DNA of 64,000 nucleotides, from contig CAVYRW010000004.1 in assembly GCA_963771045.1 (NCBI GenBank), positions 1,600,001 through 1,664,000 on the forward strand, in the 5' to 3' direction. Under the pieces are notes generated by a model. It saw nothing but the letters and a program-made list of their open reading frames with translations, searched no databases and was not told the DNA's origin. Position 1 is the first letter of the stretch. The number at the start of each line of letters is the position of its first letter. The position numbers were made by a program, and so were the translations under genes. The stretch comes from Waddliaceae bacterium. Its GTDB lineage: Bacteria; Chlamydiota; Chlamydiia; Chlamydiales; SLFE01. Below, piece after piece: positions 1 to 10,526 of this stretch.

Positions 1-1295
1 TTGTCGGAGACGACGATCAATCGATATACGGCTGGAGGGGCGCGGATATTCGCAATATTTTGGAGTTTGAGGGCGCCGCAGTCATCAAATTGGAACAAAA
101 CTACCGCTCAACTCCCACTATATTGAATGCAGCGAACGCCCTCATTCAACATAACTGTTCTCGCCACGGCAAATCTCTTTGGAGCAAAAATACCGATGGC
201 AATCTCCTCACTGTTTTTCACGCTCCATCCGAAAAAGAGGAAGCAGAGGCTGTCGTCTATCGGATAGTGCAAATGAAAAAAGAGACCGGATGCAGCTGGA
301 ACCGCTTTGCCATTCTCTACCGTTCCAACGCCCTTTCCCGACATTTAGAACAGGTTTTGATGAGAACGGGATATCGTCAAGGGGCGGAGTGGAAACGGGG
401 AATCCCCTATCAAGTGTTTGGAGGAACCAAATTTTATGAAAGACGTGAAGTGAAAGACCTGATGGCCTATCTCCGAATTGTCGCGAATCCGAAAGATCAG
501 GCAGCAATACTCAGGGTGATCAATGTTCCGCGAAGAGGCATTGGAGAAAACTCCCTCGATCTGCTCACCAGCTACAGCCGCCGGCACAAATCCCCTCTTT
601 GGACAATCCTCAAACAGGCTGCAGGAAAAACCCTTCCCGAAGACATCCAAAGCAAGCTCAACCCAAAATCCTTAAACGGAATCGCATCTTTTGTCGGCAT
701 CATTGAAACCGCTTCGAGAAATTTCACCAATCAATCCCTCTCAAGGGCTATGTCATCGTTTCTTGAAACCATCGACTATAAAAAAGCGATCAAAGAGGAT
801 GTGAAAAGCGAAAAAATGAGAATCATGAAATGGGACAATGTTCAGGAGCTTGCCTGCGCCCTTTCCGAATATGAAACCTCAAGCGGCACCCCGACCCTTT
901 TGGATTTTATTACCACGACACCTCTCAATGAAGAAGAAAACCGTCCCGGAGAAAAAAAGGACCCAAACGCCGACAAGGTTCAGCTCATGACATTCCACAG
1001 CGCCAAAGGGCTGGAATTTCCCGTCTGCTTTCTGGTAGGACTAGAAGACCATATCCTGCCGCACGAAAGGAGTCTGAAGGAAACGGGAATCGAAGAAGAA
1101 CGGCGGCTTTTTTACGTCGCCCTAACCCGGGCTAAGGAGAGTCTTTTTTTAAGCATGTCGCAAAAAAGAAGCCGGATGGGTAAGGAGCAGCTCAGCAAAC
1201 CGTCCCGCTTTCTCTACGAGCTGCCTAAAGAACTGCTCAATATTTGCCGCTATGATCTGATTGATTGCACCAGTTCCGGTTCTTCGTCGACATGA
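1..1295 (+). CDS. uvrD: UvrD/PcrA/Rep superfamily-1 DNA helicase, 5'-truncated by window edge
   Basis: Frame is open from nt 3 (VGDDDQSIYGWRGA); motifs LEQNYRST, AILYRSN, TFHSAKGLEF, EERRLFYVALTRA. Confidence 0.93.
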   Translation, partial: VGDDDQSIYGWRGADIRNILEFEGAAVIKLEQNYRSTPTILNAANALIQHNCSRHGKSLWSKNTDGNLLTVFHAPSEKEEAEAVVYRIVQMKKETGCSWNRFAILYRSNALSRHLEQVLMRTGYRQGAEWKRGIPYQVFGGTKFYERREVKDLMAYLRIVANPKDQAAILRVINVPRRGIGENSLDLLTSYSRRHKSPLWTILKQAAGKTLPEDIQSKLNPKSLNGIASFVGIIETASRNFTNQSLSRAMSSFLETIDYKKAIKEDVKSEKMRIMKWDNVQELACALSEYETSSGTPTLLDFITTTPLNEEENRPGEKKDPNADKVQLMTFHSAKGLEFPVCFLVGLEDHILPHERSLKETGIEEERRLFYVALTRAKESLFLSMSQKRSRMGKEQLSKPSRFLYELPKELLNICRYDLIDCTSSGSSST

Positions 1296-2594
1296 AAGGA
1301 AACCTCTTTGCGAAGCCGCCAGATTCCATAGCCGTTAAAGACCAGAAGCATTATCTGAATAAGCGACATGACTGTGAGCGCCTGATAGCTATCAAAAAAG
1401 GTAAAGGCCATCAAAAAGAGCGTGGCAAAAGCCAAAAAGAATTTCCGTCCCCAGTTTGGAGAGAGGAACTCTGCGCACTTCAAACCGACGCAAAAGTAGG
1501 CGATAATCGTGGAATATCCCAAGAGCAAAATAAATACAGGCATGAAGTATTCCATATAGGGAAAATATTGGGCAAGCGCCGTCTGTACGAGCAGCGTGGG
1601 CGGAATTTCCTGAGTCCAAAGCCCTGTCACAAGCACTAGAAAAATGCTGATGGTGCAGACAACAAAAATATCCAGAAAGAGATCGATAAAAATCAACGAG
1701 GACTGTTTTTCGGGTATCTGGGAGCTGGTCTCGCTATGGATGACAGACGCGTATCCGATCCCGACGTCGCTGGCATAACATCCCCTCCGAATTCCTTGGG
1801 AAATGGTCACCATCAGACCGCTTCCGATAAACCCTCCTGTCGCTGCATGGCCGGTAAAAGCCGACCGGAACACAATCTTGAATGCCGACGGAATTTCGGA
1901 TAAATTATTTGCCAGAACCCAAAGTCCCATCCCCAAAAAGATCAAAATAAAAAACGGAATGATCGCACTGGATATTTCTCCGACGCGGCTTACCCCCCGC
2001 TTCCCGCATAGATCACAAGGGCAAGCAAAGTGAAGGCGACAACATAGTAATTCAGTGAAAAGTTTTCCGTCAGGCTTTCGGTCACAATCCTGAACTGATA
2101 GACTTCAACTCCGTAAACGCAAAGTAAAAGCGCAACAAAGCCGGGAATCCACATCGTCTTGAAAACCCGCTGTAAAAAATACATCGGCCCGCCGTTGTAA
2201 CCGCCTTCATTATTTTTGACTCTGTAGCGGATCCCGAGATAAACCTCGGAATACTTCATTGCCATACCCAAAATCGCCGTTATCCATATCCACAGCAGCG
2301 CGCCGGGACCGCCGATCTGCACCGCTGTGCAGACAGCTACAATATTTCCGATACCGATACATCCGCCAAGGCATGCGAAAAATGCTTTCAAAGGATGAAC
2401 GCCTATGTTTGATTCTGCTTAGGGGAGAACAATTTAAAAAAACTTGACCAGAGCCTCGGGAAAGCGGCGCACCTGAACAAAGCGAGATAAAATGGACAAC
2501 GCGAGGCCCAAAAGCACAATGACTGGGAAACCCGATATAGGACCAGAGATTATCATCAATTATACCTCAGAGCATCAAAAAATAGTTGAAACAT
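1250..2594 (-). CDS. Na+/alanine-glycine symporter (AGCS family), split by frameshifts
   Basis: Fragments 1990-2391 (IGIGNIVAV..GGPGALLWIW..GGPMYFL) and 1250-1945 (GIRRGCYASDVGIG) are consecutive parts of one AGCS protein. Confidence 0.85.
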
Positions 2595-2653
2595 CATTAA
2601 ATCTTAGTTTTGTCAAATAATAAGTTGTATTATAAGGATTTTTTTTAAAAAAG

Positions 2654-3104
2654 TCAATAAAATCTGTTATTTTTTAAAAATTCAGCCTTCCAATAGTAAT
2701 TTTCGAGTAAATCGGCGGTTTCCCTTCCCAGAATTTGATAGGCGATAAATAGGGCCTCCACAGAGGCCAGCCCTCTTGCAGGATCAGAGCAGTCTTCCTG
2801 TTTTCGAGGATATGCAGTCCTAAAACCGCCCGGGAGGCTTCGTTTTTCACCGAGGGAGTTGACGCTTCATCACTTCTGCCCATCTCCAAGTGGCGTCATC
2901 AAGCAAAAGGGGCCTGCCTCTATCTTCCCGCGATAACTCCGGTCCCTCCAAATCCAGCATAACGGCCCCCTCCAGACCGGAAGCGAATCTTTTGGATAAG
3001 TAAAAAATTTCATATCCGTCACGGCTTTCCAAACCTCTCAAACTGCATTTATTGAGGTTTTCGCGGCGGTGACGTAGGATCACAGTAGAGGGGTAGCCTT
3101 GCAT
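2654..3104 (-). CDS. Tsr3/DUF367-like (aminocarboxypropyltransferase-like) protein, frameshifted
   Basis: Joining frames gives HRRENLNKCSL..DATW..RSLP..TAYPR..LASVEAL..YYW, the Tsr3-like motif order. Confidence 0.6.
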
Positions 3105-3176
3105 TTTACTGAAAATTCTTATATATTAAACAAAGCAGTCTAACTTAAAACGTTTTAAAACGTAAGGGGTTATTTT

Positions 3177-3624
3177 ATGAAGACATTCAAATTATTAAGC
3201 TTTTGTCTTATGGTCTTTGCAGCGACAACTGCCTTTGGGGCCTCATCGATCAATTGGCAAACCGACTATTCTAAAGCGGTTCAGCAGGCAAAAAGCGAGT
3301 CTAAGCCCATACTCTTATTTTTTACAGGTTCTGACTGGTGCGGATGGTGTAAAAAGCTAGACAACGAAGTGTTCAAATCACCTGAATTTCGCCAATCGAA
3401 TGGCCGACAAGATGATCTTTGTCGCATCTCGACTTCCCCATGTCTTCAAACCAAAGTCCGCAAGTAAACAGCAAAACGAACAGCTGAAAAACAAGTATCA
3501 TATCAATGGATTCCCGACTGTCATCGTTCTCGACCCGAACGAAAATGTTTTGGGAAAAACAGGCTACAAAGCCGGGGGCGCGAAAGCCTATGCTGACCAC
3601 CTCTCCAATATCATCCGCAAGTAA
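3177..3624 (+). CDS. Exported thioredoxin-family disulfide oxidoreductase (DsbH-like), frameshifted near 3398-3430
   Basis: Signal peptide, FFTGSDWCGWC active site, cis-Pro loop GFPT in the second fragment. Confidence 0.85.
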
Positions 3625-3638
3625 GTAATCCCTTTTAA

Positions 3639-3660
3639 GCAGCCCGCTATCGCGGGCTGC
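3639..3660. terminator. GC-rich hairpin between convergent genes
   Basis: GCAGCCCGC-TATC-GCGGGCTGC, perfect 9-bp stem; no clear U-tract. Confidence 0.45.
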
Positions 3661-4281
3661 TATCCAGCATCCTTGCGATATAGCTGCGGTTTACAGTAAA
3701 GTACTCTATTCCGGAATATACCGTATATAGGGCGGCAATCCACCCTGCGCAGGAAGCGACAAATTGAAGCGTTTGCAGCGAAGTCATCCCTAAAGAGTGG
3801 AAAATCATCATGGCTATGATAACAAAAATGGCAATCGCCTGAATAATGGCTTTGATTTTGCCGCTAATTCTGGCGGCAAGGGCAAATCCCTTAAGAGCGC
3901 AGATAGTCCTGAGCGTCCCGACCATGGTGTCGCGATAAATAAAAATAAAAACGATCACGATCGGAAGCTGCACAGGCCCTGGGTAAAGGTTAAAAAGGCC
4001 GATATCCTCGTAATGCTGTCGGCCATCGGATCGAGCAGCTTTCCCAATTCCGTCACCTGTTCATACTTTCTTGCGATAAATCCGTCGAATGCGTCGGAGA
4101 GCTCAAAAAATAAAAATAAGGCAAGAAGAACAAAAGGAAGAGACGCACTCTGGCGAGACGTAAAATGTCTCGGATAGACGTAAATCAATAAAAAAAAGGG
4201 GCAGATCAATAATCTCAGAATTGTCAGCCAATTGGCAATAGTCAAAAGTATTCTCCCATTTTCTTGAGAAGAATCTAACAC
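3647..4281 (-). CDS. pgsA: CDP-diacylglycerol--glycerol-3-phosphate 3-phosphatidyltransferase, frameshifted near 3970
   Basis: ANWLTILR, SDAFDGFIARKYEQVTELGKLLDPMAD (CDP-alcohol phosphotransferase motif), SGKIKA. Confidence 0.9.
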
Positions 4282-4369
4282 ACTTAATTCTTTAGAACAA
4301 CATTCATTTATAAAAATGACAGTAACTATTTGGATCCCTCCGTTTGCATAGCAAAGGGAGGGGTTTACA

Positions 4370-4444
4370 ATCGGCGTTGAAGGGGTAAAAGCATTAAAAA
4401 ATACGGTATTTTTCAGCTAAAGTTTTAAGTATATAAGCAGTACC
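4370..4444 (+). repeat. ~75-bp direct repeat, copy 1 (copy 2 at 6785-6861, the 3' end of the 6140-6853 gene)
   Basis: ATCGGCG(T/A)TGAAGGGG(T/C)AAAAGCATTAAAAAA..TACGGTATTT..CAGCTAAAG..TTAAGTATATAAGCAGTACC at both sites. Confidence 0.85.
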
Positions 4445-4588
4445 TCAGTCGGCAAACGAGAAGATTTCGTCTTTTTCGACCCGAATAATAATAAATTTAA
4501 ACATACAATTTATCAAATCTTAAGGCTTTGTTGCGTAATTAACCACAGAGCTCACAAGAGCGCACAGAGAGAATATGAGAGATTTGAT

Positions 4589-5533
4589 TTAAGCTGCTAT
4601 TAATTCACTTTCAGGCATTCCCAGCTTTGTCATTATATTTAGTGCTTCACATTTTGCCCTTGATTCAGCCCTTTGGGTTTCCAGAGTTCTACTTCTTAAA
4701 TCATTTCCAAAGAATCGTTTAAATCTAAACATGGCTGTTTCTGCAAGTGATCGACGATGATAACCTTTCAACTTTTTCCATAATTTTCTTGCATCATCAT
4801 CACCTCCTAAACCTGAAATTTCCAGCAAACTGATATTCCGCATCTTCCAAGAAGGAGATATGTTTTCTCGAAAAACAGCATTCCTATTGGGTGGAATAAT
4901 AGGAATTGAGCCGTGAACTACATTTGCAGCATAGCATCGCTTAGTATCATAAGCCCCATCTCCATATGTGCGCTTAACTGATTTCGGCATTACCTCGAGA
5001 AGTTTTGGATACACTTCACAATCTGCAACGTTATTTTCAGTAAGAATTTCGAAAATAATTTCGTGAGAGTCAGGGCAGACTGCCAGATGGAGCTTTCTCC
5101 ATGTTCGCCTTTTACTGATTCCATGCTGCCTAACTTTCCATTCACCCTCTCCGTACACTTTCAAACCGGTTGAATCGATTACAATATTGGTGACTTTTTT
5201 TTTCGAAAGTTTCTTCAACTCTTGCCCCAACAACTTAGCTCTCCGACAAATTTGAGTATAAGAAGGAATCGATAAACCAACAGATAAAATCATAACAAGA
5301 GATGTCAAAAATCCTTCGAGTGCTCTCAATGGAAGATGAAAAACCGATCGAATAATGAGCGCGGTGAGAATAGCGTCATCAGAATAGAGTTTTGGACGCC
5401 CCTTTTTTCCTATTTCTTTTGGAGCCATCCACTTATTGATAGCATCTTCAGAAAACCAAACAGTTATGCTTCCCCTTTGAATAAGAGATTTGTTATAGTC
5501 GTTCCAGTTGCGAATGCGATATTTTGCCTTCAT
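4589..5533 (-). CDS. IS903-group DDE transposase, intact
   Basis: YRIRNWNDYNKSLIQRGSITVW, IDSTGLKVYGEGEW, WRKLHLAV, GDGAYD, YHRRSLAETAMFRFK. Confidence 0.95.
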   Translation of the reverse strand: MKAKYRIRNWNDYNKSLIQRGSITVWFSEDAINKWMAPKEIGKKGRPKLYSDDAILTALIIRSVFHLPLRALEGFLTSLVMILSVGLSIPSYTQICRRAKLLGQELKKLSKKKVTNIVIDSTGLKVYGEGEWKVRQHGISKRRTWRKLHLAVCPDSHEIIFEILTENNVADCEVYPKLLEVMPKSVKRTYGDGAYDTKRCYAANVVHGSIPIIPPNRNAVFRENISPSWKMRNISLLEISGLGGDDDARKLWKKLKGYHRRSLAETAMFRFKRFFGNDLRSRTLETQRAESRAKCEALNIMTKLGMPESELIAA

Positions 5534-5617
5534 CTTGATCCTCCAATTTGTTGCAACTAAAAATTAGAGTATTAGGTATTTGTCGGCAAGCTCGCATTCG
5601 CCCTTTTTGGAGAAAAG

Positions 5618-6025
5618 ATGACTAGTACCCACACAACTGAAGAAGCCAACCAAAAAAGAAATGACCTTTTAACAGGGGAAATCATAGGTGCTGCGATTGA
5701 AGTTCATCGAAGATTAGGTCCAGGCTTGCTTGAATCGACATACGAAACTTGTCTTTGCTACGAGTTGAACCTTGCGGGTTTGAAAGTTAACCGGCAGATA
5801 CCAGTACCTATTATTTATCGTGATAAAAAGCTAGACTCAGGCTACCGGATCGATATGATAGTGGAAGATAAGGTTATTTTGGAGATAAAATCTGTGGCCA
5901 ATCTCTTGCCTGTTCATGAGGCCCAACTTCTATCCTATCTTAAGCATAATGGCGGTGGCAGAGGTTTGCTCATCAATTTCAATGTAAAACTTCTAAAAAA
6001 TGGGATTAGGCGTCTAATCATTTAA
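5618..6025 (+). CDS. GxxExxY protein (PD-(D/E)XK nuclease fold), IS passenger
   Basis: IIGAAIEVHRRLGPGLLESTYE, YRIDMIVEDKVILEIKSV, HEAQLLSYLK, GLLINF. Confidence 0.93.
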   Translation: MTSTHTTEEANQKRNDLLTGEIIGAAIEVHRRLGPGLLESTYETCLCYELNLAGLKVNRQIPVPIIYRDKKLDSGYRIDMIVEDKVILEIKSVANLLPVHEAQLLSYLKHNGGGRGLLINFNVKLLKNGIRRLII

Positions 6026-6139
6026 TTCCTCTCTCATAATCTCTCAGTGAGCTCGGTGGTCTCAGTGGTGATTTATGCAACAACGCCAAATCTTAATATT
6101 ATTTAGTTAAAATTAAGCTTTAAATTAAGAGATTATTTT

Positions 6140-6853
6140 ATGTCACAAAGACTCGAAAACTTAAAGGAACTACCTGGTCACTTGGGAAACGCTGCACGCT
6201 ATGCTGGTAAAGCCTTCCGGGGAGGAGCCTGGACACCCGTGGCCGGAGCAACATTAAGTCTTTGGAAAACTGCAAATGAGCAGGCCGATAAAACCCGTCA
6301 TTCGAGGGCTGTTTTACCCGAAATTTTCAATGGAGCTGTTAGGGTAATTAACCCTAAAGCAAAAGTGATTGGCGCTAATGATCTGAGCTGTTCTTTTTTC
6401 AACCACATCCCCGCTAAACTTTTAAAGTTTGCTGTTAAATGCGCGAATAGCCAATCTTTTCTGACAAGACATGTGATTTCTCGAGGGGCTTCTTCTCTTG
6501 GCGCTCTTACGGCGGTTATTACAGGAATTGCGGATATGATTTTAGCCGTTCCTACAACGGCCCTTGCTCTGATAACTTTTGGATGTTCTGATAAAATCAA
6601 TCATATCGCAGCTCAGCAACTAACATTTCCTGAAGCTCTTCACTTCATTGGTTCTGGTCTAAGATTATTCGTGAATCCGCATCCGCGAATAAAAATAGAA
6701 CAACAAAACTGCATTAACGTTGAAAGGGTAAAAGCTCTTAAGAAAAATAGCAGCATCACTTCGATTGATTTGGGTAACAACAATATCGGCGATGAAGGGG
6801 CAAAAGCATTAAAAAAAATACGGTATTTCTCAGCTAAAGCTTTAAGTATATAA
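6140..6853 (+). CDS. Hypothetical protein with a hydrophobic segment and a short C-terminal RI-like LRR remnant
   Basis: ALKKNSSITSIDLGNNNIGDEGAKAL is an RI-like LRR unit. Confidence 0.6.
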   Translation: MSQRLENLKELPGHLGNAARYAGKAFRGGAWTPVAGATLSLWKTANEQADKTRHSRAVLPEIFNGAVRVINPKAKVIGANDLSCSFFNHIPAKLLKFAVKCANSQSFLTRHVISRGASSLGALTAVITGIADMILAVPTTALALITFGCSDKINHIAAQQLTFPEALHFIGSGLRLFVNPHPRIKIEQQNCINVERVKALKKNSSITSIDLGNNNIGDEGAKALKKIRYFSAKALSI

Positions 6854-6958
6854 GCAGTACCGCAGACCGGAAGGAAGCCCCCGCAAATTCTCTAGGAACA
6901 TAGGTCACCGAATGCTTACCAGATTTGCAATGCTTTGACAATATTGATCTTTGGGGAT

Positions 6959-9218
6959 TTATGACATTTTTTGCGCGTATTCAATTGTATAAGCGCCTCC
7001 CTTGATGATGCCGCCTGCCCCATCGCAGTATTCCGAGTAGGATTCGGACCCTAAAGATGAGGAGTGTCGGCGCTTGGGTTTTTCGTCCCTCGGATTTTTG
7101 GTAGAGGTCAAATCCCATAACTTTGCTTTTTTTCCTGGCTGTCTCAAGAATCATTTCAGAAATTTCGCTGCTAGGACGGACAGGATAGATCTTATCTAAA
7201 AAAATCAGAGGTTTTTGTGATTTTTGTTCGACAAGCAGCTTCATGACAGCAGCTCCTTGAATGCGCCCTTTTTTGTCTTTAACGACGATCATGCGGTTTT
7301 TTGCATCCGTTAAGACTGAAAGCAAGGACTTCATTCATTTCGGCCTGATCCAAGCTACTCATGAATGCAAGCCCCTCTAACATGGTTTTTGGCAGGTCGG
7401 TTTCCATTGCAGCTCAAACTCCCGCTAATGCTGCTGGGCAGAGCCTTTTCCCATTGAGACATATTTTTGATCTTATGATGGGTATTTTTCTTCCGCACCT
7501 TTTGAGTTTTCCTACGCAAGGCTCTTTCCAAATACAACCCAAGCTGGTGAAAAGCCTGCTCTTTTCGGGACTCGGGCAGCTCGTAAAGAGAGACCCAAAG
7601 GGACAAGAATGCGTTGCCGGAAGCATTTTGGAAACCAATGGCATCTTTGAACTTGTCAGCAAAACGTTTGAGCGATTTCATTTTCGCGTCTCTTTGGAAA
7701 AACCGATTCAGCAGCTTGCTAAAATTGCCGTTGGTTTTAAAGAGGACTGAAGGCAGCATACCCTCCCCGTCATGAGATAAGATGATGTCTAGGATGAAGG
7801 TATTCTGTGCAATTGCCACTTCTTCGATGAATAGCAGATTAAGAATAAATTCCCGGTCAAAAGTGTGAAGTGTTTGATCGTTCGTTAATTTATGAAGGAA
7901 AGGATAAAAGACACTTTGAAGTTTGTGTTTTCTTAAATAGTTGTTTTCACCAATTGAAATCGCCAAATCTTCGGCAGCCTCCTTGTCAAATCCCCGACAT
8001 AAAAAATGGGCCAAGTAGAGGTTGGGTATGAGCCGATGGATCCCTTTCCCGCTCTTTCGGTTGAGATCTTGATAAACACTTAGCCATTCTTTATTTGCAT
8101 TGGAAAATATGGCGATATCATCGACAAGCATACTCCTATAGGGCCGAGGCTTAAGGCCAGCCATTTTCAATAAAACATTTTTTTTCAAGAGATATTTTAA
8201 AACGCCATGATCGAGTTTATCAAGAGTTATCAAAGCCGTTATCAACCAAAGCGTATTTTCATGAGGATTTTGCAACTCTTTAACCTTATCGATGACTGCC
8301 TTCAAATTTTTGAACTCTCTTTTTGAAAAATCACGGTTGTCGAGTATTAATAATGTGTCTTTTAGTGAAAAATTCTTTAAAGCTTCCTCTGAAATCATCG
8401 ATTTTTTCTGGCTGAGCTGTTTTGCCAGCCGAGGGAAGTTTTTATACAGCTCGGCCTGAATTTTGAGCAGCATGGCAGGTTTGCTGCTAAACGTATCAAA
8501 AACAAGCGACGCCAGCATAGGATGTTTTTCCAACAGATCCGAGGAGATTTTAGCAAGTGCTTTTAACTCAAGATCAAACTGTTTTGCGCATCCAATGGCA
8601 TTGGGATTCTTTTTCAATGCCTTACGAAAAATCATTTCTCGATCATTAGGATCTTTAATTCCATATTTTCGAAAATGTTGAGCGGTTCTCAGGCCATTAT
8701 GTTTGGCGGCGGCCATAGCTATCTTGACAAGTCCTCTTTGATTCTTTATCCGATAGTTTCCGATATAGGCTGAGACTGTACTTTCCTCGTCGGCATCGGC
8801 AATCCCGCTGTGCATGGCGGCTATCAACGCTATCTCGATTCGATCTTCTTCTTTAATTATTCCATAATTTTCAATATATGCCGACACACCTCCGCCATCT
8901 TGCCGCGCGGCGATTTTCGCAATGTCAACTAAGTCCTTTTGATTGTCGATCCCATAATCTTAATCCGCGCCGATATTAACCAGCCATTTTCAGCAGCATC
9001 TTTTTTAACTCTTTTAACTGCCTATGTTCAGATGTTTGATTTTCTATAGGGGAGGGGATTCTTGTAAATCCTTTGGAGTCAGAACTTTCACTCTCTGAGG
9101 GCTCAATGACGGGTCGCTCATGCTATGCTGAAGGGCTTTAAGGCAATGTGAGTCCCCTTAACTTTCCCTTTTCGGGGGGATGGAAAGATTCTACTCGTTA
9201 ACATTCAACGGATCCATC
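6959..9218 (-). CDS. Large repeat-containing hypothetical protein, several frameshifts
   Basis: Collinear ORFs 7355-8887, 6981-7334 and 6959-7147; N-terminal repeats SxYIxNYGI..IAxxAA; start position approximate. Confidence 0.55.
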
Positions 9219-9383
9219 TTGAACTCCTTTGTTTACAACAGTTTTTGTAAACAAATTCCGTGCCAAGACTAACAGGTTAAGGTAAAAATTTTGATGAAAA
9301 TAATTCGAGTCTGATTCGGGAAATTACGTTTGAAGATGCCAATAATGTTCATCATCGATAAAGGGCAATATGTTGACAAACAA

Positions 9384-10447
9384 TTAAGGAGAAAAATCTT
9401 GGTAAAGATAATCCGAAAGCATTTTTATTGTTGTTTTATCATCAGCCAATTTTTCATCGTGTAAGAGTCTTTGAAAGGCAGGTTGTCTTTTCACTTCATC
9501 CATATCTATCAGTCTAGAAGCGATCCAATAAATTGTATCGACTTCAATTTTTTTACAGGTTTTTAAATAAGGAGCCGCGATTTCCATTACTTGGGCTCTC
9601 ATAATCCAACAGATACAAAAAAACTGGCTGAATGCCTTAAGCCGAATATCTCGATTCGCCTTTAGAGCTTCAACAAAAGAGTGGATTACCTCGCTTCTTT
9701 TGTCTCCGGATATCTTAACATGAGCATCTATTACAAGTGTAATTAAAGACCAATCGGTATCCTCTTTTGTTAAGCTAATCAGAGAATTGATCATAGGAAT
9801 TCGTTGAATTTCCGAAGCATCAACGATACAGGTGGTTACTGTGGGGCTATAGTATTCTTTTGAAAAGAGTTTAACAAAGTCATTATTGATTTCATCAAGA
9901 AATCTCTTGGGGAGACATTCTAAAACTTCCAAAAAATCATAGCTACAATAGGTCTTGCGAATTGCTTTATATAAGACGCCAAAAGATCTAAGAACTGGGC
10001 TGCTTTTCATAAGGAGTTAACAATATAGCTTCCCAATAATCACCGCTTTCTTGATTGATTTGAATCAGCTTCTCGAGTGCTTTTGTTCTTTGCTCTTCGG
10101 GCAGCCGGCTCAGCAGTGTCAAAATATTAGCAGTACATCTCCATTCAGTACCATTGACAACAGACTTTATGGCGTTTTAATCGGTTATCTTCAGGATTGA
10201 AAAACCAATACTACGGATAGCATCGATCTGCTGCCTTTTGAGAAGACCGGGAAAAAACTTATCATTTTTTTTCTATAGTTAAAATTTGTTTGATATCTTG
10301 AGAGTTAAGCTGAGCTTGGTTCTTTTTCAACCATTCTAAGAATACGTCTGCTAACTTCCCATCAGATGATAGATTTTTGAGCTCTTGAACAAATGTTGCT
10401 TGATCTTTTGCATTCGCGATTTGAGTTAAAGACGCATTCGCAATCAC
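9384..10447 (-). CDS. Hypothetical protein (fragmented)
   Basis: Same-strand ORF fragments 10262-10447 and 9384-10010; no recognised motif. Confidence 0.4.
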
Positions 10448-10526
10448 CCAAGCCTTCCGGATTGATTATTTCGGTATAGGATAGATGTATTTCGACAATA
10501 AGTCAAACTACTTCATCCGAATCTTC

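Larger units (their letters stand above)
4524..6087. mobile_element. IS5-family (IS903 group) element, 1564 bp, carrying a passenger gene
   Basis: Terminal IRs GGCTTTGTTGCGTAA and (rc) GGCGTTGTTGCATAA; 9-bp target duplication AAATCTTAA at 4515-4523 and 6088-6096. Confidence 0.93.
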
